DNA of 32,000 nucleotides from Candidatus Saccharimonadota bacterium (GTDB lineage Bacteria; Pseudomonadota; Gammaproteobacteria; Enterobacterales; Enterobacteriaceae): NCBI RefSeq assembly GCF_023585745.1, contig NZ_CP097762.1, positions 390,001 to 422,000 of the forward strand, read 5' to 3'. Shown piece by piece: positions 8,784 to 17,530 of this stretch (position 1 is its first letter; each line of letters starts with the position of its first letter). The notes under the pieces were generated by a model. It saw only the letters and a program-made list of their open reading frames with translations, ran no database searches and was not told where the DNA came from. The position numbers and the translations under genes were made by a program.

Positions 8784-8846
8784 CCTCTATTGTATATAAT
8801 ACATAACCTCTAAATCACTAATACATAACCTAACATATCTGACATA
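8779..8846. repeat. three imperfect tandem ~22-23 bp units each starting CATAACCT
   Basis: The units are cataacctctattgtatataata (8779-8801), cataacctctaaatcactaata (8802-8823) and cataacctaacatatctgacata (8824-8846). They span the pdxH stop codon and the pdxH-tyrS spacer. Confidence 0.5.
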
Positions 8847-8870
8847 TTTATAATATAAAAAATTAACTAT

Positions 8871-10154
8871 ATGAAATATACAAATATTATACAATACTTA
8901 TATACAAGAAATTCAATAGCACAAATTACTAATAAAGAAAAATTAATCAATATAACACAATCACAATCAATAACTTTATATTGTGGATTTGACCCAACCT
9001 CTGATAGCCTACACATAGGACATTTAATTTTACTAATTAACTTAAGAAGATTTCAACTGTTTGGGCATCATCCTGTTATTTTAATAGGTGGAGCAACAGG
9101 ACTTATTGGAGACCCAAGTTTCAAAAATTCAGCAAGAAAAATATGTGCAATTAACACTGTACAAAAATGGGTAGAAAAAATTAAACACCAAGTATCTAAA
9201 TTCATTAACTGCTCAAATAATCATGCTTCACAAGCTCACATAGTAAACAACTATAATTGGCTGTCTTCTATATCTCTGCTAAAATTTCTCAGAGAAATAG
9301 GGAATTTTTTTTCCATTAACAAAATGATAAATAAAGATTCTATAAAAAAAAGATTACAAAAAAATAACCATGGAATTTCCTATGCTGAATTTTCCTATAA
9401 TTTATTACAAAGTTATGATTTTAGTTATCTATATCAAAATTACAATACAATTCTACAAATTGGAGGCTCGGACCAATGGGGCAATATTATATCAGGCATA
9501 GAACTAATACATCGTATACATAAACACAATACTTACGGAATTACTATGCCTCTACTTACTACAAAGTACAATACTAAATTTGGTAAAACAGAAAAAAATA
9601 CAATATGGTTAGACCCTAAAAAAACTAGTCCGTATAAATTTTATCAGTATTGGTTAAATATTTCTGATAAAAAAGTGTATAATTTTTTAAAAATATTTAC
9701 TAATATGCCAATAGAGCAAATTGAGGATCTAAAAAAAGAAGATAAAAAAAATCATAAAAAACCAAAAGCTCAAACTATCTTAGCTAAAAAAATTACTCAA
9801 TTGGTTCATGGTCGATACGGACTAAAAAACGCGCAAAATATTACCAATTGTCTTTTTACTGGGAAAATACACACACTTACTTTAAAAGATTTTAAACAAT
9901 TATCACAAGATGGAATACCATTCCTATCACTAAAATTCAATACAACACTGACATTGCAACAAGTATTAGTAGAATCAACACTAGCATTTTCAAAAACACA
10001 AGCCAAGACATTAATACTCTCTAAGAGTATTAGAATAAACTCGATGAAACAAACAAAAATAAATTATATTTTTTGTGCTACTGACAAACTATATAACCGC
10101 TATACGATATTACAACGAGGGAAAAAAAGTTTTTGTTTAATAACATGGGAATAG
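8871..10154 (+). CDS. tyrS: tyrosine--tRNA ligase
   Basis: The HIGH motif (LHIGHL), the KMSKS-type KFGKT motif and GGSDQWGNI are present. It is 427 aa versus 424 aa. Confidence 0.96.
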   Translation: MKYTNIIQYLYTRNSIAQITNKEKLINITQSQSITLYCGFDPTSDSLHIGHLILLINLRRFQLFGHHPVILIGGATGLIGDPSFKNSARKICAINTVQKWVEKIKHQVSKFINCSNNHASQAHIVNNYNWLSSISLLKFLREIGNFFSINKMINKDSIKKRLQKNNHGISYAEFSYNLLQSYDFSYLYQNYNTILQIGGSDQWGNIISGIELIHRIHKHNTYGITMPLLTTKYNTKFGKTEKNTIWLDPKKTSPYKFYQYWLNISDKKVYNFLKIFTNMPIEQIEDLKKEDKKNHKKPKAQTILAKKITQLVHGRYGLKNAQNITNCLFTGKIHTLTLKDFKQLSQDGIPFLSLKFNTTLTLQQVLVESTLAFSKTQAKTLILSKSIRINSMKQTKINYIFCATDKLYNRYTILQRGKKSFCLITWE

Positions 10155-10252
10155 AAAATTAATCGTAATTACTATACAAATTCAAAATTTTAAATATTAG
10201 AACTAATTACACTACACATGTACACTACATAAATTCATATTAATATCCACCG

Positions 10253-10897
10253 CTACTTATTTAAGTAATGGTGCTTATCTTTAAATTCACATAAATTATT
10301 AATAATACAAACACGACAACTGGGATGCTTAGCACGACACACATCTCTACCATGCGATACAAACCATTTGTGACAACATTTTTTAAATTCTCCTGGAACC
10401 ACTGATAGTAATTTTTTTTCCACAGAAAAAACATTTTTTCCTATTGCAAAACGACTTCGATTACAAAACCTAAAAACATGTGTATCTACAGCAATAGTTG
10501 GCCAACCAAACACTATATTTAAAATAATATTAGCAGTTTTTCGACCAACACCAGGTAAAGACTCTAAATCAACACGACTTTCCGGCAATGTTCCATTATA
10601 CTTTTCTATCAACAAATGACACGTTTCAATAATATTTTTAGCTTTATTATTAAATAAACCAATAGATCGAATATAATTTTTAATATTTTCTATGCCAAGA
10701 CGCAACATACCTTCGGGTGTGTTAGCAACTTGAAATAAACTTTTAGTCACTCGATTAACTTGAATATCATTAGTTTGAGCGGACAACAAGACCGATATTA
10801 ATAATTCAAATGCTGAATTATATATCAATCTTACATCCGAGGAATAAATATTATCTCTAAATTTACATAAAATCTTATAACGTTTAATAAAATTCAT
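10253..10897 (-). CDS. nth: endonuclease III (DNA glycosylase/AP lyase)
   Basis: The HhH-GPD motif LPGVGRKTANI, VDTHVFR and the 4Fe-4S cluster CRAKHPSCRVCIINNLC are present. The start was trimmed to MNFIKRYKIL (10897), because the 15 codons upstream in the track ORF have no homolog. Confidence 0.9.
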   Translation of the reverse strand: MNFIKRYKILCKFRDNIYSSDVRLIYNSAFELLISVLLSAQTNDIQVNRVTKSLFQVANTPEGMLRLGIENIKNYIRSIGLFNNKAKNIIETCHLLIEKYNGTLPESRVDLESLPGVGRKTANIILNIVFGWPTIAVDTHVFRFCNRSRFAIGKNVFSVEKKLLSVVPGEFKKCCHKWFVSHGRDVCRAKHPSCRVCIINNLCEFKDKHHYLNK

Positions 10898-11009
10898 AAA
10901 ATATTTATATTTAATGAAATCAAAACATATATGACAACACAAAACTAATATTTAATTTTACTAAAAAACATAAGCTAACTATTCAGACTATAATTTAAAC
11001 CAATAATTT

Positions 11010-12401
11010 TTATATTTTAAATGAACTAATCATATTTTTATAACAAACCCACTCATCAAATTGTTTTTCACTTATATAGCCTAATTTTAATGCCGCTTCT
11101 TTTAAACTTAAACCATAAAAATCTGCTGCTTTAACAATTTCTGCAGCTTTATCATATCCAATATAAGGAGTTAAAACAGTAACTAACATTAATGATTTCT
11201 TAAGTAATTCATTAATACGTTTATGCTGCGGTTGTAAACCCACAATACAATAATCATGAAAACTCGCTATTCCATCAGATAATAAACGCACTGATTGTAA
11301 AAAATTATATATAATTAACGGTCTATAAACATTAAGTTCTAAATGACCAGAGGCACCACCTATATTTATACTAACATCATTACCCATAACTTGAGCGCAT
11401 AACATAGTCATTGCTTCACATTGAGTAGGATTAACCTTGCCAGGCATTATAGAGCTACCTGGTTCGTTTGCAGGGATACTTAATTCTCCAATACCACATC
11501 TAGGTCCAGAAGATAATAAACGAATATCATTAGCAATTTTCATCATAGAAACTGCCAAACCTTTTAAAGCTCCATGACTATGTATTAATGCATCACATGT
11601 TGATAGCGATTCAAATTTATTTGAGGCACTAACAAAATCATGCTTAGTAAGCATTGCTACTGTATTAGCGATACGTATAGAATACTCTGGATGTGTATTC
11701 AAACCAGTACCAACAGCTGTACCTCCTAATGCCAATTCATATAAATGAGGCATAGTAGACTCTATATGTTGAGTATTATGTTGTAACATTGATACCCAAG
11801 CAGAAATTTCTTGACCCAATGTTAAAGGAGTAGCATCTTGTAAGTGCGTACGTCCAATTTTAATAATATTATTAAACTTATGCGACTTATCAAGTAAAGT
11901 CTTTTTCAAAATATTAATCTTCGGTATTAACTGTTCACGAACACCTATCACTGCCGCAATATGCATTGCGCTAGGAAACACATCATTTGAACTTTGACTT
12001 TTATTAACATGATCATTAGGATGAACTAATTCTGCATGAATTTTTTTTTTGCTTCTTAATAAAGCATTAGCACGATTTGCTAAAACTTCGTTCATATTCA
12101 TGTTGCTCTGCGTACCAGAACCAGTTTGCCATACCGATATTGGGAACTCATTATTATGAATTCCAGATAATACTTCATCTGCAGCTTGCATAATAACGCG
12201 CATTATTTTACTATCTAATAAGCCCAAATCACAATTTACTTGAGCGGCTGCACGTTTAATTTGCGCTAATGCTTTTATTAACGAAAATGGCATTTTTTCA
12301 TTAGAAATATTAAAATATTTTAATGCACGTTGAGTTTGAGCGCCCCATAAATTATCTTCAGATACTGAAATAGTGCCCATAGTGTCTTGTTCAATACGCA
12401 T
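11010..12401 (-). CDS. fumC: class II fumarate hydratase
   Basis: The [16 protein letters not shown] signature, LWGAQTQR and [11 protein letters not shown] are present. It is 463 aa versus 467 aa. It contains an in-frame A10 tract (plus-strand T10 at 12041-12050). Confidence 0.96.
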   Translation of the reverse strand: MRIEQDTMGTISVSEDNLWGAQTQRALKYFNISNEKMPFSLIKALAQIKRAAAQVNCDLGLLDSKIMRVIMQAADEVLSGIHNNEFPISVWQTGSGTQSNMNMNEVLANRANALLRSKKKIHAELVHPNDHVNKSQSSNDVFPSAMHIAAVIGVREQLIPKINILKKTLLDKSHKFNNIIKIGRTHLQDATPLTLGQEISAWVSMLQHNTQHIESTMPHLYELALGGTAVGTGLNTHPEYSIRIANTVAMLTKHDFVSASNKFESLSTCDALIHSHGALKGLAVSMMKIANDIRLLSSGPRCGIGELSIPANEPGSSIMPGKVNPTQCEAMTMLCAQVMGNDVSINIGGASGHLELNVYRPLIIYNFLQSVRLLSDGIASFHDYCIVGLQPQHKRINELLKKSLMLVTVLTPYIGYDKAAEIVKAADFYGLSLKEAALKLGYISEKQFDEWVCYKNMISSFKI

Positions 12402-12590
12402 AACTATATATATTTCCTATTAATTTTAAATTATACTATTTTAGTAATATATAAAAATGTATAATATACAGTTTTAATAAATATTAAAATATAAATATAA
12501 AATAAACTAATAAAAATTAAATTTCAGTAGAATAATTTTAAAAATATACTGTAATATTTCTAACAATATAAATAAATTTAAACAAAAAAT

Positions 12591-14597
12591 ATGCAAATAA
12601 TTACTGCGATCAGTGTCATATTTTTTATATTATTATATAATTTAGAAGCAAAAGCTAGTAATATAAAACATATTAAACACTATTTTGATAACAACAATTC
12701 CCTTCTAGAATATATACATATACCAACCACAAAATTACCTATTAACAATTATTATGTTCCTTACAATTTAAATAATCATTTTAATAACAAAATAAAAAAA
12801 ATAAATACCCCACTGTATACATATACAGAACCTTTGCGTTCAAAGCGCAATTCAACAATAATACAATTAAAAAACGATTCAATAGATGTGTTATATTCAT
12901 TTTTAGGTCAGAATAACACACTAAAACACACCACATCCTTTATACAATTAGGAATAAATAAAAATTGCTGCTCAAAAAATAAAATAATTAATATAGGAGT
13001 CGGAAAAAAATATTCACTTAATAAATATTGTGGAATTGGATACAATACTTTCTATCATTGCCCTATTTCTACAGAAATATATAAACCACATGCAATTAAT
13101 GTAAATCTAGAATATTGGATAAAAAATACTTCATTAACAATAAAAAATTATTTTAATTTATATAGTAACAACGACTTTCATCAACATCTATATCAACGAT
13201 GCCATATAATGCATCCCAAAAATGGCCAACAAATTAACATTCAAACTAAATCCAAATATTTTCCACAATTTACCGGAATAATAAAATTAGAACAATTTAA
13301 TTATGACAAACAATACAAAAAATTTTTTTATAGAAAAAATAACCGTTATGTATCACTGGAATTAAATTACCAACCTATTCCAATATTAAATTTTAACATA
13401 AACAATATTTTTACAGATAAAAAACATAAAAATACTATTTGTCAATTTATTATAAATTACCAATTTGGTATACCTATCTTACAGCAAATACGCTCTGTAA
13501 AGGATAAACTAATATTACCGTATCATCATGATATAAAAATCATACAATTCTTTATTCCTACTGCAACACAATTAAATAATTATACACTATTTAATCAATT
13601 TAAAAGTTATAAAGAATTTGTACAACAAAACACTAACATAGTTTCTGGATATCCTGGAGAAATTAAAATTATTCAACCTTATAAAAATAAGCTGTCTACA
13701 ACAGTAGACAATACACAATCATTAATAAATCCAGGAGATAATATTGTCGCATTAAACAATGACGCTTATATTGTTCGCTTATCTAACACCCCTGAAACAA
13801 CAGAAGTTATAGATATAACATATACTAAAAGCCAAAATAAAACCAATAAACTAAATGAATTACGCGTTATAACAAAAAGCTTTCCAAAAAATACTATTCC
13901 TGATCAACAAATTAATGACCCCGATATTAACACTAGTGATGAATTCAAAATAAACCTTAAAAATAATACTATTCAACAAAATAAACAAACACATGAAATA
14001 ATACCAACAATCAATTCAAATAATTCAAAATATGACAGCAGTGATGATGATAACATCATATTAGATCAAATCCCATACATAGAAAATCAATATGATGATA
14101 CAACTATAAAAACAAATGATTTTGTATTTCCAACGCCACCACCTATGTTAGAATCTCTAGAACTTTTTTCAACAAACACGACAGAAACGCCTCCAAGTAG
14201 AGCAACATCAACACAAAATGATAATAATAATAAAATTCCAACAACAACTGCTGCAGAATTCCAAGAAATGGAACCAACTCCTCTATCATCAAGCTTATCA
14301 ACAAAAAAAAATGACAATTCTATTCACACAGAAGAAAATTATCAAAACAATGCATTAAATATGCAAGATGATAATCTTTCATTATCAATGCTATTAATTA
14401 ATAACAAAAATAAAAATTTCTCTTCCATAGGAACCCAAGAATATCTTGATAAAATTGAAAATACTATAAAAACTCAAAAGAACACTAAAAGATACAGTGA
14501 TATAGAAAAAGTATTTATGAAATTACATCAAACTGATTCTTCTTCTTCCATAAGTGAAGATTGTTTAACTGATGACAGTAATAACAGTTACTACTAA
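12591..14597 (+). CDS. secreted outer-membrane protein with an inverse-autotransporter (intimin/invasin-like) beta-domain and a low-complexity C-terminal passenger
   Basis: There is a signal peptide, MQIITAISVIFFILLYNLEAKA. Residues ~95-300 carry, in order, NIGVGKKYSL, GIGYNTFYH, NLEYW, KLEQFNYD, LELNYQPIPILNFNIN and FIINYQFGIPILQQI. These parallel the intimin/invasin barrel motifs as I recall them. The last ~240 aa are N/D/S/T/P-rich. The 668-aa ORF is intact in a genome that is otherwise decaying. Confidence 0.6.
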   Translation: MQIITAISVIFFILLYNLEAKASNIKHIKHYFDNNNSLLEYIHIPTTKLPINNYYVPYNLNNHFNNKIKKINTPLYTYTEPLRSKRNSTIIQLKNDSIDVLYSFLGQNNTLKHTTSFIQLGINKNCCSKNKIINIGVGKKYSLNKYCGIGYNTFYHCPISTEIYKPHAINVNLEYWIKNTSLTIKNYFNLYSNNDFHQHLYQRCHIMHPKNGQQINIQTKSKYFPQFTGIIKLEQFNYDKQYKKFFYRKNNRYVSLELNYQPIPILNFNINNIFTDKKHKNTICQFIINYQFGIPILQQIRSVKDKLILPYHHDIKIIQFFIPTATQLNNYTLFNQFKSYKEFVQQNTNIVSGYPGEIKIIQPYKNKLSTTVDNTQSLINPGDNIVALNNDAYIVRLSNTPETTEVIDITYTKSQNKTNKLNELRVITKSFPKNTIPDQQINDPDINTSDEFKINLKNNTIQQNKQTHEIIPTINSNNSKYDSSDDDNIILDQIPYIENQYDDTTIKTNDFVFPTPPPMLESLELFSTNTTETPPSRATSTQNDNNNKIPTTTAAEFQEMEPTPLSSSLSTKKNDNSIHTEENYQNNALNMQDDNLSLSMLLINNKNKNFSSIGTQEYLDKIENTIKTQKNTKRYSDIEKVFMKLHQTDSSSSISEDCLTDDSNNSYY

Positions 14598-14647
14598 AAT
14601 TGATTAGTACATCAAAATCTTTGTAAATACAAAAATAATATCTACAA

Positions 14648-14683
14648 CAATCCCTTACTAATACTAGTATTAGTAAGGGATTG
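14648..14683. terminator. perfect 36-bp palindrome (18-bp arms) between convergent genes, likely a bidirectional terminator
   Basis: caatcccttactaatact / agtattagtaagggattg are exact reverse complements. It lies 51 nt after the 668-aa ORF stop and 20 nt after the ubiX stop. The flank is T-rich on the minus-strand side. Confidence 0.6.
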
Positions 14684-14702
14684 ATAAAAAATATCATAAT
14701 TA

Positions 14703-15299
14703 TTACTTTTTATGAATTGAGTTAATTCCCAACCAAGCAGAAGCAATACTATTGGTATTAATACCAAACAAATTAAGAGCTCTTGCTACTGTATAACACA
14801 CAATATCATCTATAGTTTTGGGATGCGAATAATACGCAGGAACTGGCGGCATAATCACAGCCCCAAATTCTGCCAGTTTAACCATGGTACGCAAATGTCC
14901 TAAATGTAATGGAGTTTCGCGTACCATTAACACTAATTTACGTTTTTCTTTTAAAGTTACATCTGCAGCTCGACCAATTAAAGAAGATGTTACCCCAGAA
15001 CTAATCTCAGACATAGTCTTAATAGAACATGGTGCCACTAACATTCCCAATGTTAAATAAGATCCACTAGCTATAGACGCCCCTATATCCTGCGGACAAT
15101 ATACTACATCCGCTAATTCATACACAGCTTTCTTATTGATCTGAAATTCTTGGCGTAATGTTAACAACGCATTCCTAGTTACGATAAGATGTGATTCTAT
15201 ATTAATATTACATCTTTTTAATATAGTTAATGCTCGCAATCCATATATTCCCCCAGAAGCACCAGATATCCCTATTACTAAACGCAACGGTTTTGCCAT
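14703..15299 (-). CDS. ubiX: flavin prenyltransferase UbiX family
   Basis: LVIGISGASGGIYG, PCSIKT, VRETPLHLGHL and GAVIMPPVPAYY are present. MAKPLRLVIG (15299) fits E. coli MKRLIVGISGASG better than the upstream ATG at 15311. Confidence 0.88.
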   Translation of the reverse strand: MAKPLRLVIGISGASGGIYGLRALTILKRCNINIESHLIVTRNALLTLRQEFQINKKAVYELADVVYCPQDIGASIASGSYLTLGMLVAPCSIKTMSEISSGVTSSLIGRAADVTLKEKRKLVLMVRETPLHLGHLRTMVKLAEFGAVIMPPVPAYYSHPKTIDDIVCYTVARALNLFGINTNSIASAWLGINSIHKK

Positions 15300-15437
15300 T
15301 ATATATTCCATAATGAAATATTACCTAATTATACTTTTTCATAAAAATACTCTAGAACCTCTCACAGATCAATAACGTACAAATACAATTTCAACAAAAA
15401 GCACACTAACACATATACTATATATATTATAGTATAA

Positions 15438-16226
15438 CTAAATATTATTTTTAAATAAAATATTTACCTGTTCTAATGATTCTAAAGTATTAACACTAAC
15501 ATTAAATTCAGTATTAACTATAGATACATATATTAAACCTTGATTCCATAACACCCTTAGTTGTTCCAATTTTTCCAAACGTTCTAAAGGACTAACATCC
15601 CAATTTACATAATTATGTAAAAATTTAGCTTTATACAAATAAACACCCATATGACATAACAAAAAATCAGATAATTTTTTCATATTATTATCCCGATCTT
15701 TGCTGACATTACATATATTAATCCATGGAATCATAGAACGAGAAAAATAAAGAGCATAATTTTTGGAATCTATAACAACCTTAACTATATCAGAGTTACA
15801 CGCTTCCTTATAAGAAGATATAGGCGTAGCCAATGTAACCATCATATTATCAGTAATATTAATTAAACTAGCAGCATTCACTAATTCATGAATCATATCT
15901 GTCGAAATTAATGGTTCATCTCCTTGAAGATGTACTATTATTTGATCATCTGGTATTTTATAATGAACTACTATTTCAGCGATACGCTCAGTCCCAGACT
16001 GGTGATTTAGTTTTGTTATATATACTGATAAATTACTAAATTTCTGTGATTTAATAACTTTAGCTATACGCATACTATCAGTAGCTACTATTACTGTATT
16101 AGCATTAGAATTTAACGCATTTTCTAACACCCTTATAATCATAGGCTTTCCGTGTATACTTGCTAATGCTTTTCCTGGTAAACGCTTAGAAAAAAATCTA
16201 ACAGGAACAACTATAATAAAATTCAT
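15438..16226 (-). CDS. kdsB: 3-deoxy-manno-octulosonate cytidylyltransferase (CMP-KDO synthetase)
   Basis: VVPVRFFSKRLPGK, HQSGTERIAE, LQGDEPLI, ALYFSRS.IPW and LEQLRVLW are present. It is 262 aa versus 248 aa. Confidence 0.94.
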   Translation of the reverse strand: MNFIIVVPVRFFSKRLPGKALASIHGKPMIIRVLENALNSNANTVIVATDSMRIAKVIKSQKFSNLSVYITKLNHQSGTERIAEIVVHYKIPDDQIIVHLQGDEPLISTDMIHELVNAASLINITDNMMVTLATPISSYKEACNSDIVKVVIDSKNYALYFSRSMIPWINICNVSKDRDNNMKKLSDFLLCHMGVYLYKAKFLHNYVNWDVSPLERLEKLEQLRVLWNQGLIYVSIVNTEFNVSVNTLESLEQVNILFKNNI

Positions 16227-16251
16227 ATATCAATACTTATAATATCAAATC

Positions 16252-16407
16252 TCAAATTTTATTTTTCAAAAGTACTGGAATACCATAACGTATTGGAAAT
16301 ATTACATTATCAATGTTACATACTAACTCCTCTCGTTTCGAGTTAAAAGATAATTTCCTATAACATATAGGGCACACAATAATCTGAAATAATAACTCTT
16401 TTCTCAC
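16252..16407 (-). CDS. ycaR: Trm112/YcaR-family small zinc-ribbon protein (51 aa, GTG start; below the ORF-track cutoff)
   Basis: The minus strand reads (M)RKELLFQIIVCPICYRKLSFNSKREELVCNIDNVIFPIRYGIPVLLKNKI*. E. coli YcaR is [47 protein letters not shown]. It ends 25 nt upstream of the kdsB start, the same ycaR-kdsB arrangement as in E. coli. Confidence 0.85.
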   Translation of the reverse strand: MRKELLFQIIVCPICYRKLSFNSKREELVCNIDNVIFPIRYGIPVLLKNKI

Positions 16408-16527
16408 CAAAATAAGAAATCCCAAAAAAATTCATTATTAAACATAATGTTCTGAATTAAATCAAACATCACTATTGTACAAACAGTATTTTCTAATACA
16501 CATTTAAAATTCAACAACTAACATAAA

Positions 16528-17529
16528 TCACCCCCTATAATATCTAATTTTATCTTCTACCATACTTAACAAATGCGCTGTATCTATTTTGTTTATTTGC
16601 ACTTCTAAATAAACATACCACCAATTTTCATGAGCAAAATCAAAACACTTAACTGCATCCTTTTCCGTCATTAATAAAATTTCATCTTTTTTAGTTAGAG
16701 AAACTAAAGTTTTTTCAGAATATATATAATGATCAGCGAACGAAATAACTCTTACAGGATTTAACCCAAATCTTCGTAAAGTATCAAAAAATTTCATAGG
16801 ATATCCAATTCCTGCAATAGCAACAACATTTTTCAAAAAATTAATAGGTTTACATTCTCCAGTTAATATATTTATTGCAGTACTTGGAAAAAATTGCATT
16901 AATATTTCTCCAGCATTTACTTTATAATCAAAACCGTTTATAATAATAGCTTGTACTTTCTTCAACCTACTAATACGCTCCCGCATTGGACCAGCAGGTA
17001 ACCAACAACCATTTCCAAAACGTAAATTACTATTAATTATTACCCATTCTATATCTCTAAAAAGAGCATAATGCTGTAATCCATCATCACTAATAATTAC
17101 ATCTAATTCTTTATGTCTCCTTAACAATGCAAACACTGCATCTACTCGCTTTGGAGATACTGCTACTGATACTCCAGTACGCTTCCAAAGCAAAATTGGC
17201 TCATCACCACATTCATCAGCATGACTATTAACATCAATAACTATTGGATAATTATTAGATTTACCTTTATACCCCCTGGAAATAACTCCAACTCTCCATC
17301 CACGAATTTTTAATTGTTCTACTAACCATAACACCATTGGTGTTTTTCCATTACCTCCTATTGTTAAATTACCAATAATTACTATAGGTACTGAAAACCT
17401 GTGCACTCTACGCCATCCACGCTGATAACTAATTCTATTAATTAAACTCACTAAACCATATATCCAAGACAACGGCAACAAAAATAAATAAAAAAAAGAC
17501 GATTTAAACCAAATACTACTAATAAACAT
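16528..17529 (-). CDS. lpxK: tetraacyldisaccharide 4'-kinase
   Basis: LLPLSWIYGLVS, the P-loop GNLTIGGNGKTP, DDGLQHY, LPAGPMRE and LMTEKDAVKC are present. Its start codon lies 1 nt after the msbA stop. Confidence 0.95.
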   Translation of the reverse strand: MFISSIWFKSSFFYLFLLPLSWIYGLVSLINRISYQRGWRRVHRFSVPIVIIGNLTIGGNGKTPMVLWLVEQLKIRGWRVGVISRGYKGKSNNYPIVIDVNSHADECGDEPILLWKRTGVSVAVSPKRVDAVFALLRRHKELDVIISDDGLQHYALFRDIEWVIINSNLRFGNGCWLPAGPMRERISRLKKVQAIIINGFDYKVNAGEILMQFFPSTAINILTGECKPINFLKNVVAIAGIGYPMKFFDTLRRFGLNPVRVISFADHYIYSEKTLVSLTKKDEILLMTEKDAVKCFDFAHENWWYVYLEVQINKIDTAHLLSMVEDKIRYYRG

Positions 17530-17530
17530 T

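Noticed and set aside
10208-10229. A direct repeat tacactaca-catg-tacactaca in the tyrS/nth convergent spacer, plus a similar taattac(t/a)(a/c)tac pair at 10167 and 10203.
   Set aside because: It is short (9 nt) and not an inverted repeat, so it is not a terminator. There is no supporting context. Most likely it is local slippage in decaying pdxY/gstA-region DNA.
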